From Candidatus Omnitrophota bacterium (GTDB taxonomy: Bacteria; Omnitrophota; Gorgyraeia; Gygaellales; Profunditerraquicolaceae): a stretch of 64,000 nucleotides of DNA. Positions 47,265-57,015 of the stretch are shown here, piece after piece. Position numbers and translations under genes: made by a program. The notes under the pieces are model-generated. The model was not told the origin of the DNA, did not search any database, and saw only the letters and a program-made list of their open reading frames with translations. Where the stretch lies: the NCBI GenBank assembly GCA_016867115.1, contig VGKG01000002.1:70449-134448 (forward strand). Direction: 5' to 3'. The number at the start of each line of letters is the position of its first letter. Position 1 is the stretch's first letter.

Positions 47265-48649
47265 GGACGCATACTTGTGCTGAGCTGACTGCCAATGATT
47301 GTGATAAGCTGGTGACCCTTTGCGGTTGGGTGGCCAGCCGCCGCGACCACGGAAAACTTATCTTTATAGATATCCGGGACAGGGCAGGGATCACCCAGGT
47401 AGTCTTCATCCCCAAGGATTCGGGAGAGGCGCACCGCCTGGCCCAGGACCTGAGGTCTGAGTTCGTCGTAAGGGTGAGCGGGCAGGTCAACCGCAGGCCG
47501 GCTAATACCATAAACCCCAGGCTCCCTACCGGTGAGGTCGAGGTGCTGGCAAAAGAGCTTGAGATCCTTAATCCCAGCCTCACCCCGCCCTTTGAGATCG
47601 CGGACAGCCAGGAGATCACTGAGGAATCGCGGCTTAAATACCGCTATTTGGACCTGCGGCGACCGAAGGTATTTGCGAACTTCCTCTTGAGGAGCAGGGT
47701 ATACCGGGTAATCCGCAAGGCCCTTGACGAAAAAGGTTTTATCGAATGCGAAACACCGATCCTTACCAAATCCACGCCTGAAGGCGCGCGCGATTACCTG
47801 GTCCCTTCGCGCCTTAATCCGGGGGCGTTTTACGCGCTCCCCCAGTCTCCGCAGCTGTTTAAGCAGATCTTTATGGTTGGGGGCATAGAAAAATATTACC
47901 AGATCGCCAAGTGTTTCCGCGACGAGGACCTGCGCGCTGACCGGCAGCCGGAGTTTACGCAGCTTGACCTTGAGATGTCCTTTGTGGATGAGGAGGACAT
48001 CTTCGTCCTGATGGAGGAGCTGATGTCTGCGATCTTTGAGGGTGTCAAGGGCATCGGGATCAAGACCCCTTTTCCGAGGCTGGCCTACAGCGAGGCGCAG
48101 AAGAAATACAACTCCGATAAACCGGATTTAAGGAAGGAGCTTAATACTGACCTGGCCTTCGTCTGGATAGTGGACTTCCCGCTCTTTAAATACAACGAAG
48201 AAGAGAAGCGCTGGGAGAGCGAACATCACCCTTTCACCTCTGCGCGTAAAGAAGACATCGGGGCCCTGGAAAAGGACCCGGCGAAGGTGCTCTCGCGTTC
48301 TTATGACCTGGTCTTGAACGGCCAGGAGATCGGCTCGGGTTCGATCAGGATCCATGATCAGCTGTTGCAGGAAAGGATCTTTAAGATCATCGGCATAGAC
48401 AAGGATGAAGCACATAAGCGTTTCGGTTTTCTTTTGGAGGCATTTCAATTCGGCGCGCCTCCGCACGGCGGCTTTGCTTTTGGCATGGACAGGCTGCTTG
48501 CTATCCTTGCGGGAGAGGCCAGTATCCGCGAAGTCATCTCTTTCCCCAAGACGAGCGCAGGCGTCTGCCCCCTGACCAGCGCGCCTTCGGATGTAGACGA
48601 GAAACAGTTAAGGGAATTGGGATTAATGCTCAAGAAAAAAAATAATTAG
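47258..48649 (+). CDS. aspS: Aspartate-tRNA ligase lacking the GAD insertion domain
   Basis: TPEGARDY, LPQSPQ, FRDED, PPHGG; only 463 aa. Confidence 0.95.
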   Translation: MLRTHTCAELTANDCDKLVTLCGWVASRRDHGKLIFIDIRDRAGITQVVFIPKDSGEAHRLAQDLRSEFVVRVSGQVNRRPANTINPRLPTGEVEVLAKELEILNPSLTPPFEIADSQEITEESRLKYRYLDLRRPKVFANFLLRSRVYRVIRKALDEKGFIECETPILTKSTPEGARDYLVPSRLNPGAFYALPQSPQLFKQIFMVGGIEKYYQIAKCFRDEDLRADRQPEFTQLDLEMSFVDEEDIFVLMEELMSAIFEGVKGIGIKTPFPRLAYSEAQKKYNSDKPDLRKELNTDLAFVWIVDFPLFKYNEEEKRWESEHHPFTSARKEDIGALEKDPAKVLSRSYDLVLNGQEIGSGSIRIHDQLLQERIFKIIGIDKDEAHKRFGFLLEAFQFGAPPHGGFAFGMDRLLAILAGEASIREVISFPKTSAGVCPLTSAPSDVDEKQLRELGLMLKKKNN

Positions 48650-48660
48650 AGGAGGAAAAA

Positions 48661-49176
48661 ATGAAGGACAAAGGTCTGTATTTGCTTCTGGGGTTGGCAG
48701 TGGTGGTGGTTTTATCAGGCTGCACAGTAAGGACCTATTCGCTTACCCGCGACAGAGTGGACCAGGACCTGACCAGCGGAAACCGCGGTTACCTGCAGGG
48801 AACGCCGCCGGCAGAGGAAGTCGAGCGTTCCTCGACCCGCACGGTCCAGGTAGTGGAGGTGGAACTAGGCCGTCCGGTAAAGCTGAAAGAAAGGCAGAAG
48901 GGGCAGGAAACGGGGCAGATGCCGCAGGAAACAGTTGAAACCTATGAATCCGAGGCTCTCATAGAAGAAGTTGCTGAACCGCAGGCTGCTTTTGAAAGAT
49001 ATACCGTGCAAAAGGGGGATACTCTTCAGAAGATATCCCAGAAGTTCTTCGGTACGACAAAAAAATGGACCAAGATCTACGAAGCGAACAGGGACGTCCT
49101 AAAGAGCCCGGATAAAGTCTATCCCGGGATGACTCTGAATATCCCCGTTTCGGCAAAGCCGGAAGGCATAAAATAA
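48661..49176 (+). CDS. LysM-domain lipoprotein
   Basis: Lipobox LSGC; YTVQKGDTLQKIS...IYEAN...IP. Confidence 0.88.
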   Translation: MKDKGLYLLLGLAVVVVLSGCTVRTYSLTRDRVDQDLTSGNRGYLQGTPPAEEVERSSTRTVQVVEVELGRPVKLKERQKGQETGQMPQETVETYESEALIEEVAEPQAAFERYTVQKGDTLQKISQKFFGTTKKWTKIYEANRDVLKSPDKVYPGMTLNIPVSAKPEGIK

Positions 49177-49179
49177 TAC

Positions 49180-50142
49180 ATGGATAAAATAATCGCGCTT
49201 GAGTCTCACCGGGAGGCGCAGGTACTGTTGGGGCCGCACGATGAGTTCAGCAAGTCCATTGAGAAGGAGTTCCGCGTTAAGATCATCGTGCGCGGGGAGC
49301 ACCTGAAGGTGAGCGGCACCGCCTCTAATATAAAGAAGGCGGGCGAGCTGATCGAGTACATATTGGAGGCTTACCGGTCAGGACAGAAAGAGTTGGGCAG
49401 GGCGGATCTTTTTTGCCTCATCGCTAATTTCAAGAAACCGGAGCCTAAGAAAGTCGGAGCCATCGAAATGCCGCACTTGGCGATCACGCGCACTTCCAGC
49501 GGCAAGGAGATCGGGCCTAAGACCAAGGGGCAGCGCGAATATGTCGAGGCGATGAAGAAACACGACATCGTCTTCGGCATCGGGCCTGCGGGCACCGGCA
49601 AGACGTACCTGGCTATGGCCAGCGCTGTCGAGGCATTAAAGAAACAGGAGGTGCGCAGGATCATCCTGACGCGCCCTGCGCTTGAGGCGGGAGAATCTTT
49701 AGGGTATCTTCCCGGAGATATATATGAGAAGATCTCTCCGTATTTACGGCCCCTGTATGATGCCCTCTACGACATGATGGAGGCGGAGCGTATTGAAAAG
49801 TACCTTGAGACCGGGATCATCGAAGTAGCTCCGCTTGCCTACATGCGAGGCAGGACCCTTAACGCCGCCTTCATCATCCTGGATGAAGCCCAGAACTGCA
49901 CCGCCGAACAGATGAAGATGTTCCTCACCCGCCTTGGTTTTGACTCCAAGGCCGTGATCACCGGGGACATGACGCAAAGCGACCTTCCCGACGGAAAACC
50001 TATCGGCCTTCTGCAGGCCCAGGATATCCTTTCGGAGATCGCGGGGATAAAGTTCATCTACCTTGCCGGTTCTGACACGGTCAGGCACTCCCTGGTCCAG
50101 AAGATCATCGAGGCTTATGATAAAGCAAGCCGGGAAAAGTAG
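49180..50142 (+). CDS. phoH: PhoH family ATPase
   Basis: GPAGTGKT, YMRGRTL, LDEAQN, GDMTQSD. Confidence 0.95.
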   Translation: MDKIIALESHREAQVLLGPHDEFSKSIEKEFRVKIIVRGEHLKVSGTASNIKKAGELIEYILEAYRSGQKELGRADLFCLIANFKKPEPKKVGAIEMPHLAITRTSSGKEIGPKTKGQREYVEAMKKHDIVFGIGPAGTGKTYLAMASAVEALKKQEVRRIILTRPALEAGESLGYLPGDIYEKISPYLRPLYDALYDMMEAERIEKYLETGIIEVAPLAYMRGRTLNAAFIILDEAQNCTAEQMKMFLTRLGFDSKAVITGDMTQSDLPDGKPIGLLQAQDILSEIAGIKFIYLAGSDTVRHSLVQKIIEAYDKASREK

Positions 50143-51508
50143 ATTATATTTCATCTTTTTTGGGGCCTTTGGCCTCGTCTACAGCCTGGCCGTAGGCTTA
50201 AGTCCGGTGGTGCCCGCGTTCCTTATCCTGCTGGCCGCATATTTTGCCTTCCGCAAGTTCAACTTAAAGAACTGCACGCTTCTGAACCTGGCCTTCCTGT
50301 ATCTGGTCGTCTTCGTGGCGAGCTGTTATCTCCTCAGCAAAAATCTTGACGAATATTACCTGCCCTTTTCGCTTGCTCCGATGCTGGCAGCCCTCCTTTT
50401 TGCAAATATGGAGATAGTCCTGCTACTGGGTGTAGCATGCGCCGTCTCGGTCGCGGTGATCTCGGTCAATCCGCTTGAGACGATAATCCTGTTTCTGGCC
50501 AGCGGCCTGCTGGCCGGTATGCTTGCCCAGGGCGCGCGCAGGCGCTGGACCGTCATCCGCGCCGGCCTAATTACCGGTGCAGCTCAGGTCATAGCCGTTG
50601 TCCTGCTTGAGCAGTTGAAGGCGGGCCTTGCCTACAAATACGCGGCGTTCTTTCTTAACGGCCTGATCTCGGCGATAATAGTCCTGGGGGTTCTGCCGCT
50701 CTTTGAGTACCTTTTCAGGAGCGTCACTAACATCAGCCTGCTTGAGCTTGCCGATTCAAACCATCCCCTCCTGCAGCGCATGGTGCTTGAAGCTCCGGGC
50801 ACATACCTGCACAGCCTCGTCGTGGGCAATATCTCCGAGGCTGCCTGTAATGCCATCGGCGCCAACTCTCTCCTGGCCAGGGTGGGAGGATATTACCACG
50901 ACATCGGAAAACTCTCAAAACCGGAATATTTCAGCGAAAACCAGGGGATCAGCGTCAGTAAACACGATACTCTTTCTGCGACCATGAGCAAGCTGGTGAT
51001 CATGAATCACGTAAAAGAAGGCCTTGAGCTGGCGAAAAGATACCGCCTCAGCCCTGCGATCGCCGACTTCATCGGCCAGCACCACGGCAACTCCCTGGTC
51101 TATTATTTTTACCGCCGGGCATTGGAGACGCTGGAGGAAGACCAGAAGATACAAGAAGAGGGTTTCCGTTATCCCGGGCCCAAGCCCGATACCAAGGAGG
51201 CCGCGGTAGTCCTGCTCGCAGATTCGGTCGAAGCAGCGACACGCGCCTTAAAGGACCCCACGCCGAGTAAGATCCAGGAGGTCGTCTATAAAGTGATCAA
51301 TAACAAGTTTATTGACCGCCAGCTTGATGAATGCGACCTTACCCTCAGGGACATGGAGAACATCTCGGCGGTCTTTTTGCGGATCTTAAGCGGCATATAC
51401 CCGGGGCGCGTGAGTTACCCCGAAGAGACAGAAAGTGAAAATAACAGTCAGAAACCTCCAAAAGAAGATTCCCGTCAATCCGAAAAGGATAAAAGAGTCA
51501 ATCCGTAA
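50117..51508 (+). CDS. pgpH: Membrane HD-domain phosphohydrolase (PgpH-like c-di-AMP phosphodiesterase)
   Basis: Multi-TM region then APGTYLHS, YHDIGK, HHG, LADSVEAA; between phoH and ybeY. Confidence 0.8.
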   Translation: MIKQAGKSRLYFIFFGAFGLVYSLAVGLSPVVPAFLILLAAYFAFRKFNLKNCTLLNLAFLYLVVFVASCYLLSKNLDEYYLPFSLAPMLAALLFANMEIVLLLGVACAVSVAVISVNPLETIILFLASGLLAGMLAQGARRRWTVIRAGLITGAAQVIAVVLLEQLKAGLAYKYAAFFLNGLISAIIVLGVLPLFEYLFRSVTNISLLELADSNHPLLQRMVLEAPGTYLHSLVVGNISEAACNAIGANSLLARVGGYYHDIGKLSKPEYFSENQGISVSKHDTLSATMSKLVIMNHVKEGLELAKRYRLSPAIADFIGQHHGNSLVYYFYRRALETLEEDQKIQEEGFRYPGPKPDTKEAAVVLLADSVEAATRALKDPTPSKIQEVVYKVINNKFIDRQLDECDLTLRDMENISAVFLRILSGIYPGRVSYPEETESENNSQKPPKEDSRQSEKDKRVNP

Positions 51509-51848
51509 GGTCTTCGCAAAAGAAGGCGTAAGCCCGCAGGAAGTCACTGTCTGTTTTATCAACGATAAGACAATCAAAAGATTAAACCGCAGGTTCACCG
51601 GAGAAGGCCGGGCGACGGATGTCCTGGCGTTCGGATATCCGGGGAAAGGAAGGCCTGCCGCGGATATTGCTATCTCCGCCGACCGGGCAAAGGCCAATGC
51701 GCGCCTTTATAAAACTTCGGTTGCCTTTGAGCTTGACCTCTACGCCGTGCACGCCGCACTGCATCTTTGCGGTTATGACGACCGCACAAAGGCCCAGGTG
51801 CGGTTGATGCGCAGGAAGGAATCAGAATATGCCCATCCAAAGGACTGA
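51435..51848 (+). CDS. ybeY: rRNA maturation endoribonuclease YbeY
   Basis: LNRRF, TDVLAF, HAALHLCGYDD. Confidence 0.9.
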   Translation: MKITVRNLQKKIPVNPKRIKESIRKVFAKEGVSPQEVTVCFINDKTIKRLNRRFTGEGRATDVLAFGYPGKGRPAADIAISADRAKANARLYKTSVAFELDLYAVHAALHLCGYDDRTKAQVRLMRRKESEYAHPKD

Positions 51849-52584
51849 CGCCATTGTTTTAAGGCGCAGGGATTTCCGTGAGACCTCCCTGATCGCGGAT
51901 TTTTACACGCGCGACTTCGGAAAAGTAAGCGGCCTCCTGAAAGGTTTCCGCGTCATGCCTCCCAAGTTTGCAAGCCCCATAGAGCCGTTTTCGCTCAACG
52001 AGATCATCTTTTACCCGAAGAGGAACTCTTCGCTGCACCTGGTTTCGCAGGCGGACCTGCGCTACTCATTTGACGGGATACGCCGGGGCGTAGGCAGGGC
52101 CACCATGGCCGCCTTCATGATGGAACTGACCCTGGCGGTCATGCAGCAGGAGGATAGAAATGAGGAGGTCTTTGACCTTGCGCTCGCATGCCTTAAAGAG
52201 ATGGAGACTGCCCTGAATCCGGAGAAGGTGATGACCATCTTTAAGATCAAGATGCTCAGCCTCTCCGGTTTTAAGCCCCATCTTGACTCCTGCGTCGTCT
52301 GCGGCAGCAAAATACTCGGGCAGTCCAGGTTCAGCCTCAGCCTCGGCGGGCTTTTGTGCGGCAAGTGCTCCTCTAAGGATGTTTCCAGCCGTTCGATATT
52401 CCGCGGCACGGTAGCGTCGATCCTGCACATCGAGAAGAACGACCTGAAGAATAACCTGAACCTGGGGATGAATCCCGAGATCAAGCGGGAGCTGGACCTG
52501 GTGCTGAACGCTTTCATGAACTTCCACCTGGAAAAAGAGTTAAAATCGCAAAGAGTGCTGAATAAACTCGCGGTGGCTGTTTAA
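51829..52584 (+). CDS. recO: DNA repair protein RecO
   Basis: AIVLRRRDFRETS, GKV, CVVC...CGKC zinc finger. Confidence 0.92.
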   Translation: MPIQRTDAIVLRRRDFRETSLIADFYTRDFGKVSGLLKGFRVMPPKFASPIEPFSLNEIIFYPKRNSSLHLVSQADLRYSFDGIRRGVGRATMAAFMMELTLAVMQQEDRNEEVFDLALACLKEMETALNPEKVMTIFKIKMLSLSGFKPHLDSCVVCGSKILGQSRFSLSLGGLLCGKCSSKDVSSRSIFRGTVASILHIEKNDLKNNLNLGMNPEIKRELDLVLNAFMNFHLEKELKSQRVLNKLAVAV

Positions 52585-52595
52585 CGGAGGAGTAA

Positions 52596-53525
52596 ATGAA
52601 GATTGTTATTATCGGTCCCGGCGCAATGGGTTGCCTCTTAGCTGCCTACCTTTCGAAATCAAAAGAAGAGGTCTGGCTGTTGGACAAGGACGATGGGCGG
52701 GGGAAAGAATTAAATGAGCAGGGGATACTGGTCGAAGGCGTGTCCGGCAACTGGCAGGCCAAAGTAAGGGCTACTGCCCGGTCGCAGGATATCGGCGCGG
52801 CTGACCTGGCGATCATCTGCGTCAAGAGTTACAATACCAAAGAAGCGGCATTAAGCATAAAGCCGCTCCTGGCCGATCATACCTCTGTGCTTACACTGCA
52901 AAACGGCATCGGTAATATCGAGATCATCAGCGAAGCGGTGGGAGCGGAGCGGGTGATCGGCGGGGTCACCAATGAGGGCGCGACTTTGCTGGATACAGGC
53001 AGGATCCGCCACGCAGGCAGAGGCGAAACAGTGATCGGCCGCATCGACGGCAAGATCCCGGTTGAGATGCGCTCGATCCGGGAGCTCTTCAATCGAGTAG
53101 GGCTTGAGACCAGGATCTGCCGCGATATCAAAGGCCTCTTATGGTCCAAGCTCATCATCAATGCGGGGATAAACGCGCTTACGGCGGTCACGCGCCTGAA
53201 TAACGGAAGATTAGCGGAGTTCGAAGGCACGCGCAGGATCATGCGGGAGGCAGTCACAGAGGCGGCGCGCATCGCCAAACGCAAAAAGATCAAGCTTATT
53301 TATGACGACCCCCTGGCAAAAGTCGAGGCGGTCTGCGAGGCGACATCGGCAAATATCTCTTCCATGCTCCAGGATTGCCTGCGCAGGAAACGCACTGAAA
53401 TCGATTTTATCAACGGCGCGATCGTGCGCCACGCTCAGGAGCTGGGAATACCCGCTCATACCAACGCCCTTCTGGTCGACCTGGTCAAGACTATCGAATC
53501 CAGCTACGATCTGGCGGTATCTTAA
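52596..53525 (+). CDS. panE: 2-dehydropantoate 2-reductase
   Basis: GPGAMG, QNGIG, WSKLIIN, SSMLQD, TEIDFING. Confidence 0.93.
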   Translation: MKIVIIGPGAMGCLLAAYLSKSKEEVWLLDKDDGRGKELNEQGILVEGVSGNWQAKVRATARSQDIGAADLAIICVKSYNTKEAALSIKPLLADHTSVLTLQNGIGNIEIISEAVGAERVIGGVTNEGATLLDTGRIRHAGRGETVIGRIDGKIPVEMRSIRELFNRVGLETRICRDIKGLLWSKLIINAGINALTAVTRLNNGRLAEFEGTRRIMREAVTEAARIAKRKKIKLIYDDPLAKVEAVCEATSANISSMLQDCLRRKRTEIDFINGAIVRHAQELGIPAHTNALLVDLVKTIESSYDLAVS

Positions 53526-53534
53526 CCTTTAAAG

Positions 53535-54356
53535 ATGAAAAAGCGCGTTTTAATAATCCTGCTTTTCTCGCTGGCCTTGATCTTGCTGTTTATCTTAAGT
53601 AAGAGCTCCTGCCGCCTCAGGGAAGGGATGCTTTTTAAACCGGCAGGGGCTTCGGGGGCCAGGGAAGAGGAGCCGCATTTAAACCAGGCTTTTGAATATC
53701 TCAGGGTGCGCAGGGATAAAGAAGCTCAGGAGGTCTTTGCCAGGCTCCTGGAGATGGATCCCTCGTGTCTGGACTGCCGGTGGGCTGAGGCAGAGATCCT
53801 GCGGCGCCGCCATGAATATCAGCGGTCAGAAGAGTTATTCCGGAAGGTCCTGGAAAAAGACCCCGGCCATATACCGAGCCTTATTGGCTTAAGCTACGTG
53901 CTTTATAAGGCGGATGATTCAAAGTCCGCGCAAAAGATACTTGATGAGGTCTTGAAGAAAAAGGGGTTAAAAAGGCAGGATGAGGCCTTTGCCTATATGG
54001 TGCGGGGAGCAGTCAACAGCGGGCTAGCGAAAAAAGGTTTTTTCAGCAGGATAAAATACGGGGTCAGGATAAAGGGCAATTTCCTGAAGGCAGCCAGCCT
54101 TGCTCCTGAGATGCCCGAGGTGCATCTTGCCCTCGGCAGTTTCTATCTCTTTGCTCCGGCCATTGTCGGAGGAGACCTGGACGCGGCGATAAAGGAGCTT
54201 GAGACCGCTCTATCGCTTGCCCCGGATTTCGCCACTGCCTGCGGCAGGTTAGCCCAGGCATATGCCGTAAAAGGCGACCTGGTAAAATACGAACTCTACC
54301 TTGAGCGGGCCAGGGAATTAGACCCCGAGAACGAGACGTTGAAAGAGATACGCTAA
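53535..54356 (+). CDS. Tetratricopeptide repeat protein (exported)
   Basis: N-terminal TM/signal; multiple TPR-like repeats. Confidence 0.8.
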   Translation: MKKRVLIILLFSLALILLFILSKSSCRLREGMLFKPAGASGAREEEPHLNQAFEYLRVRRDKEAQEVFARLLEMDPSCLDCRWAEAEILRRRHEYQRSEELFRKVLEKDPGHIPSLIGLSYVLYKADDSKSAQKILDEVLKKKGLKRQDEAFAYMVRGAVNSGLAKKGFFSRIKYGVRIKGNFLKAASLAPEMPEVHLALGSFYLFAPAIVGGDLDAAIKELETALSLAPDFATACGRLAQAYAVKGDLVKYELYLERARELDPENETLKEIR

Positions 54357-54363
54357 TCTTGCC

Positions 54364-56073
54364 ATGAAAAACCAGGAGATCGCGCGCATCTTCAGGGATA
54401 TCGCCGCTATTCTGGAGGTAAAAGGCGACAATCCTTTCAGGATACGCGCCTATGAAAGGGCGGCCCAGAATATCGAAGCCCTGGCCGGGGATATCGAAGA
54501 ATATATCCGGCAAGGCAGGCTGAAAAGTATCCCCGGAATAGGGGAGGACCTCGCAAACAAGATCCGGGAGGTCGCCGTTACCGGAAGGCTTGAGTTTTAC
54601 GAAGAATTGAAAAAGAGCATCCCGCAGGGAGTGCTGGAACTTTTGAATATTCCTTCCGTCGGGCCTAAGACCGCAAGGCTCCTTTATGAAAAGCTGAAAA
54701 TAAAAAGTATCTCTAGTCTGGAGCAGGCCATCCGCAGGAATAAACTGGCAGCCCTAGCAGGGATTAAAGAAAAGACCATAGAGAATATCCGCAAGGGCAT
54801 TGAGATCCTCAAAAAGGGCAGGGAGCGCATGACCCTCGGCCAGGCAGAGCTGGCAGCTGTGGAGTTCCTGAAGCCTTTAGAAAAATTGCCCGAGGTAAAG
54901 AAGCTCTCTGTTGCCGGAAGCCTGCGCAGGCAGAAAGAGACGGTGCGCGACATCGATATCTTGGCGATTTCCAAAAAGCCGAAAAAAGTCATAGAGGCTT
55001 TCGTGAAATTTCCAGCCGTGCGCGATATTCTGGCGGAGGGCCAGACCAAGGCCTCTGTGCGCACAAGACAGGATGTCCAGATCGACTGCCGGGTGGTTGA
55101 GGATAAGTCCTTCGGCGCAGCGCTTCTTTATTTTACCGGCTCAAAAAGGTTTAATATCAAGATCCGTCAGCTGGCCATAAAAAAAAGCCTGAAAGTCAAT
55201 GAATACGGGGTATTCAAGGGCGATAGATACGTCTGCGGCAGGACAGAGGAAGAGGTCTTTAAGCTGCTCGGCATGCAGTACATCGAGCCGGAATTGAGGG
55301 AGGATTCCGGAGAGGTCGAACTGGCAAAAAAGCATGCGCTCCCTCTCCTGATCGGGCTTAAGGACATAAAGGGTGATCTGCACGTGCACTCCACCTGGTC
55401 AGACGGCTCAAACTCTATCGAAGAGGTGGCCAGAGCCTGTAGGGCCCGCGGTTATTCATACGTTGCCGTGACTGATCACTCTCAGAGCCTGCGGGTCGCC
55501 GGAGGGCTGACGGTAAAAGAGCTGGCCAGAAAGAAAAAGGAGATCGAGCTTCTGAACCGAAAACTAAAGGGTATCCGGATCCTTTTTGGCACGGAAGCGG
55601 AAATAGATTCCGGAGGAAACATAGATTATAGGGATGAGGTTTTAAAAGAGTTCGATGTTGTCGTGGCTGCGATCCATACCGGCTTTAAACAGTCACGCTC
55701 TCAATTGACCAAAAGGACGGTTGAGGCCTGTAAAAACAAATACGTGCACATCATCGCTCATCCCACAGGAAAGCTCTGGGGCACGCGGGAGGCTTACGAT
55801 ATAGACCTGGATGAGGTCTCAAGGGCTGCCCGCGATACGAATACCGCTCTTGAAATAGACGCCTTTCCCAGCAGGTTGGACTTGAACGGCCAGAATTGCC
55901 GCCGGGTTAAAGAGCTGGGGGTTAAATTAGCGGTCAGCACTGACTCCCATACCACTGATCAGCTCGCCAATATGAAGCTCGGAGTATCCATGGCGCGCAG
56001 GGGCTGGCTGACCAGGCAGGACGTGTTGAATACGCTGCCGCCGGAAGCATTCCTGAAGGCGATAAAGAAATGA
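54364..56073 (+). CDS. polX: DNA polymerase X / PHP exonuclease
   Basis: AGSLRR, DIDIL, YFTGS, LHVHSTWSDG, TDH, AHPTG, TDSH. Confidence 0.95.
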   Translation: MKNQEIARIFRDIAAILEVKGDNPFRIRAYERAAQNIEALAGDIEEYIRQGRLKSIPGIGEDLANKIREVAVTGRLEFYEELKKSIPQGVLELLNIPSVGPKTARLLYEKLKIKSISSLEQAIRRNKLAALAGIKEKTIENIRKGIEILKKGRERMTLGQAELAAVEFLKPLEKLPEVKKLSVAGSLRRQKETVRDIDILAISKKPKKVIEAFVKFPAVRDILAEGQTKASVRTRQDVQIDCRVVEDKSFGAALLYFTGSKRFNIKIRQLAIKKSLKVNEYGVFKGDRYVCGRTEEEVFKLLGMQYIEPELREDSGEVELAKKHALPLLIGLKDIKGDLHVHSTWSDGSNSIEEVARACRARGYSYVAVTDHSQSLRVAGGLTVKELARKKKEIELLNRKLKGIRILFGTEAEIDSGGNIDYRDEVLKEFDVVVAAIHTGFKQSRSQLTKRTVEACKNKYVHIIAHPTGKLWGTREAYDIDLDEVSRAARDTNTALEIDAFPSRLDLNGQNCRRVKELGVKLAVSTDSHTTDQLANMKLGVSMARRGWLTRQDVLNTLPPEAFLKAIKK

Positions 56074-57014
56074 AATTACGGACCGTTTTATATTTTTTTA
56101 CCCTGTGTACAGCATGCAGCCTACTGTCTAGAGCCCTTTTCGGCTGTCAGGAGAGGGAGTTTTACACTGACAAGCGCGTGATGATGGGCACTTTTATCGA
56201 AGTGACCTCTCAGGACAGAAGGGCCGGCCAGATTGTCTTTAGCGAGTTTGGCCGTATCGAAAACCTGCTCAGTAAATATAAAGCAGAGAGCGAGGTATCC
56301 AGATTAAACCGGCTGGGAGAGCTGGCAGTAAGCCCGGAAACCTTTTTCGTGATCGGGAAGGCAAAGGAGTTCTGGCAAAAGTCTGGCGGAGCTTTTGATA
56401 TCACCGTGGGGCCGCTGGATGACCTCTGGGGATTCACGCAGAAAGACTACCGCCTGCCGCAGGAAGCAGAGGTCAGAAAAACGCTTAAACGCATCGGTTC
56501 GGATAAGATTGTTTTGAATTCTGCCGCGAATGTGGTAAAATTCAGCCTTCCGGGCATGAAGATCGACCTTGGGGCGATCGCCAAGGGCTATGCCCTGGAT
56601 TGCGCCGTCAAGAGGCTAAGGGAAAATAATATAACCAGCTGCCTGATCAGTGCCGGAGGTCAGGTCTATTGCCTCGGAGAGAAGTCCGGCCGGCCCTGGA
56701 GAGTGGGCATAAAGGGTCCTGAAAATAGCGGTATGGCCGGTTACCTTGACCTGAAAGATAAGTGCGTCTCAACCAGCGCCGATTACGAGCAGTATTTTAA
56801 AGAAGGCGGGAAGGTTTACGGCCACATCTTTGACCCCCGGACAGGTTACCCTGCAGACAAGGGGATCGCCTCTGTGTCTGTGGTCTCTCCTGACGGGCTC
56901 ACTGCCGACGCGTTGTCCAGCGCTATTTTTATTTTAGGCGAGGAAAAGGGCCTTGAATTAGCCAAAAAGCTTAACATATCAGAAGTTAGAATCATAAAAA
57001 GACCCGGGACTTAA
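56070..57014 (+). CDS. apbE: FAD:protein FMN transferase
   Basis: MMGT, FDITVGP, DLGAIAKGY, HIFDPRTG, ADALS. Confidence 0.93.
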   Translation: MKLRTVLYFFTLCTACSLLSRALFGCQEREFYTDKRVMMGTFIEVTSQDRRAGQIVFSEFGRIENLLSKYKAESEVSRLNRLGELAVSPETFFVIGKAKEFWQKSGGAFDITVGPLDDLWGFTQKDYRLPQEAEVRKTLKRIGSDKIVLNSAANVVKFSLPGMKIDLGAIAKGYALDCAVKRLRENNITSCLISAGGQVYCLGEKSGRPWRVGIKGPENSGMAGYLDLKDKCVSTSADYEQYFKEGGKVYGHIFDPRTGYPADKGIASVSVVSPDGLTADALSSAIFILGEEKGLELAKKLNISEVRIIKRPGT

Positions 57015-57015
57015 G

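Noticed and set aside
51740-51785. YbeY third His replaced by Asp (HAALHLCGYDD) as possible inactivation
   Set aside because: The GYDD variant is common in several bacterial phyla
56105-56130. Possible heptamer array in the apbE signal region
   Set aside because: Too degenerate to separate from chance
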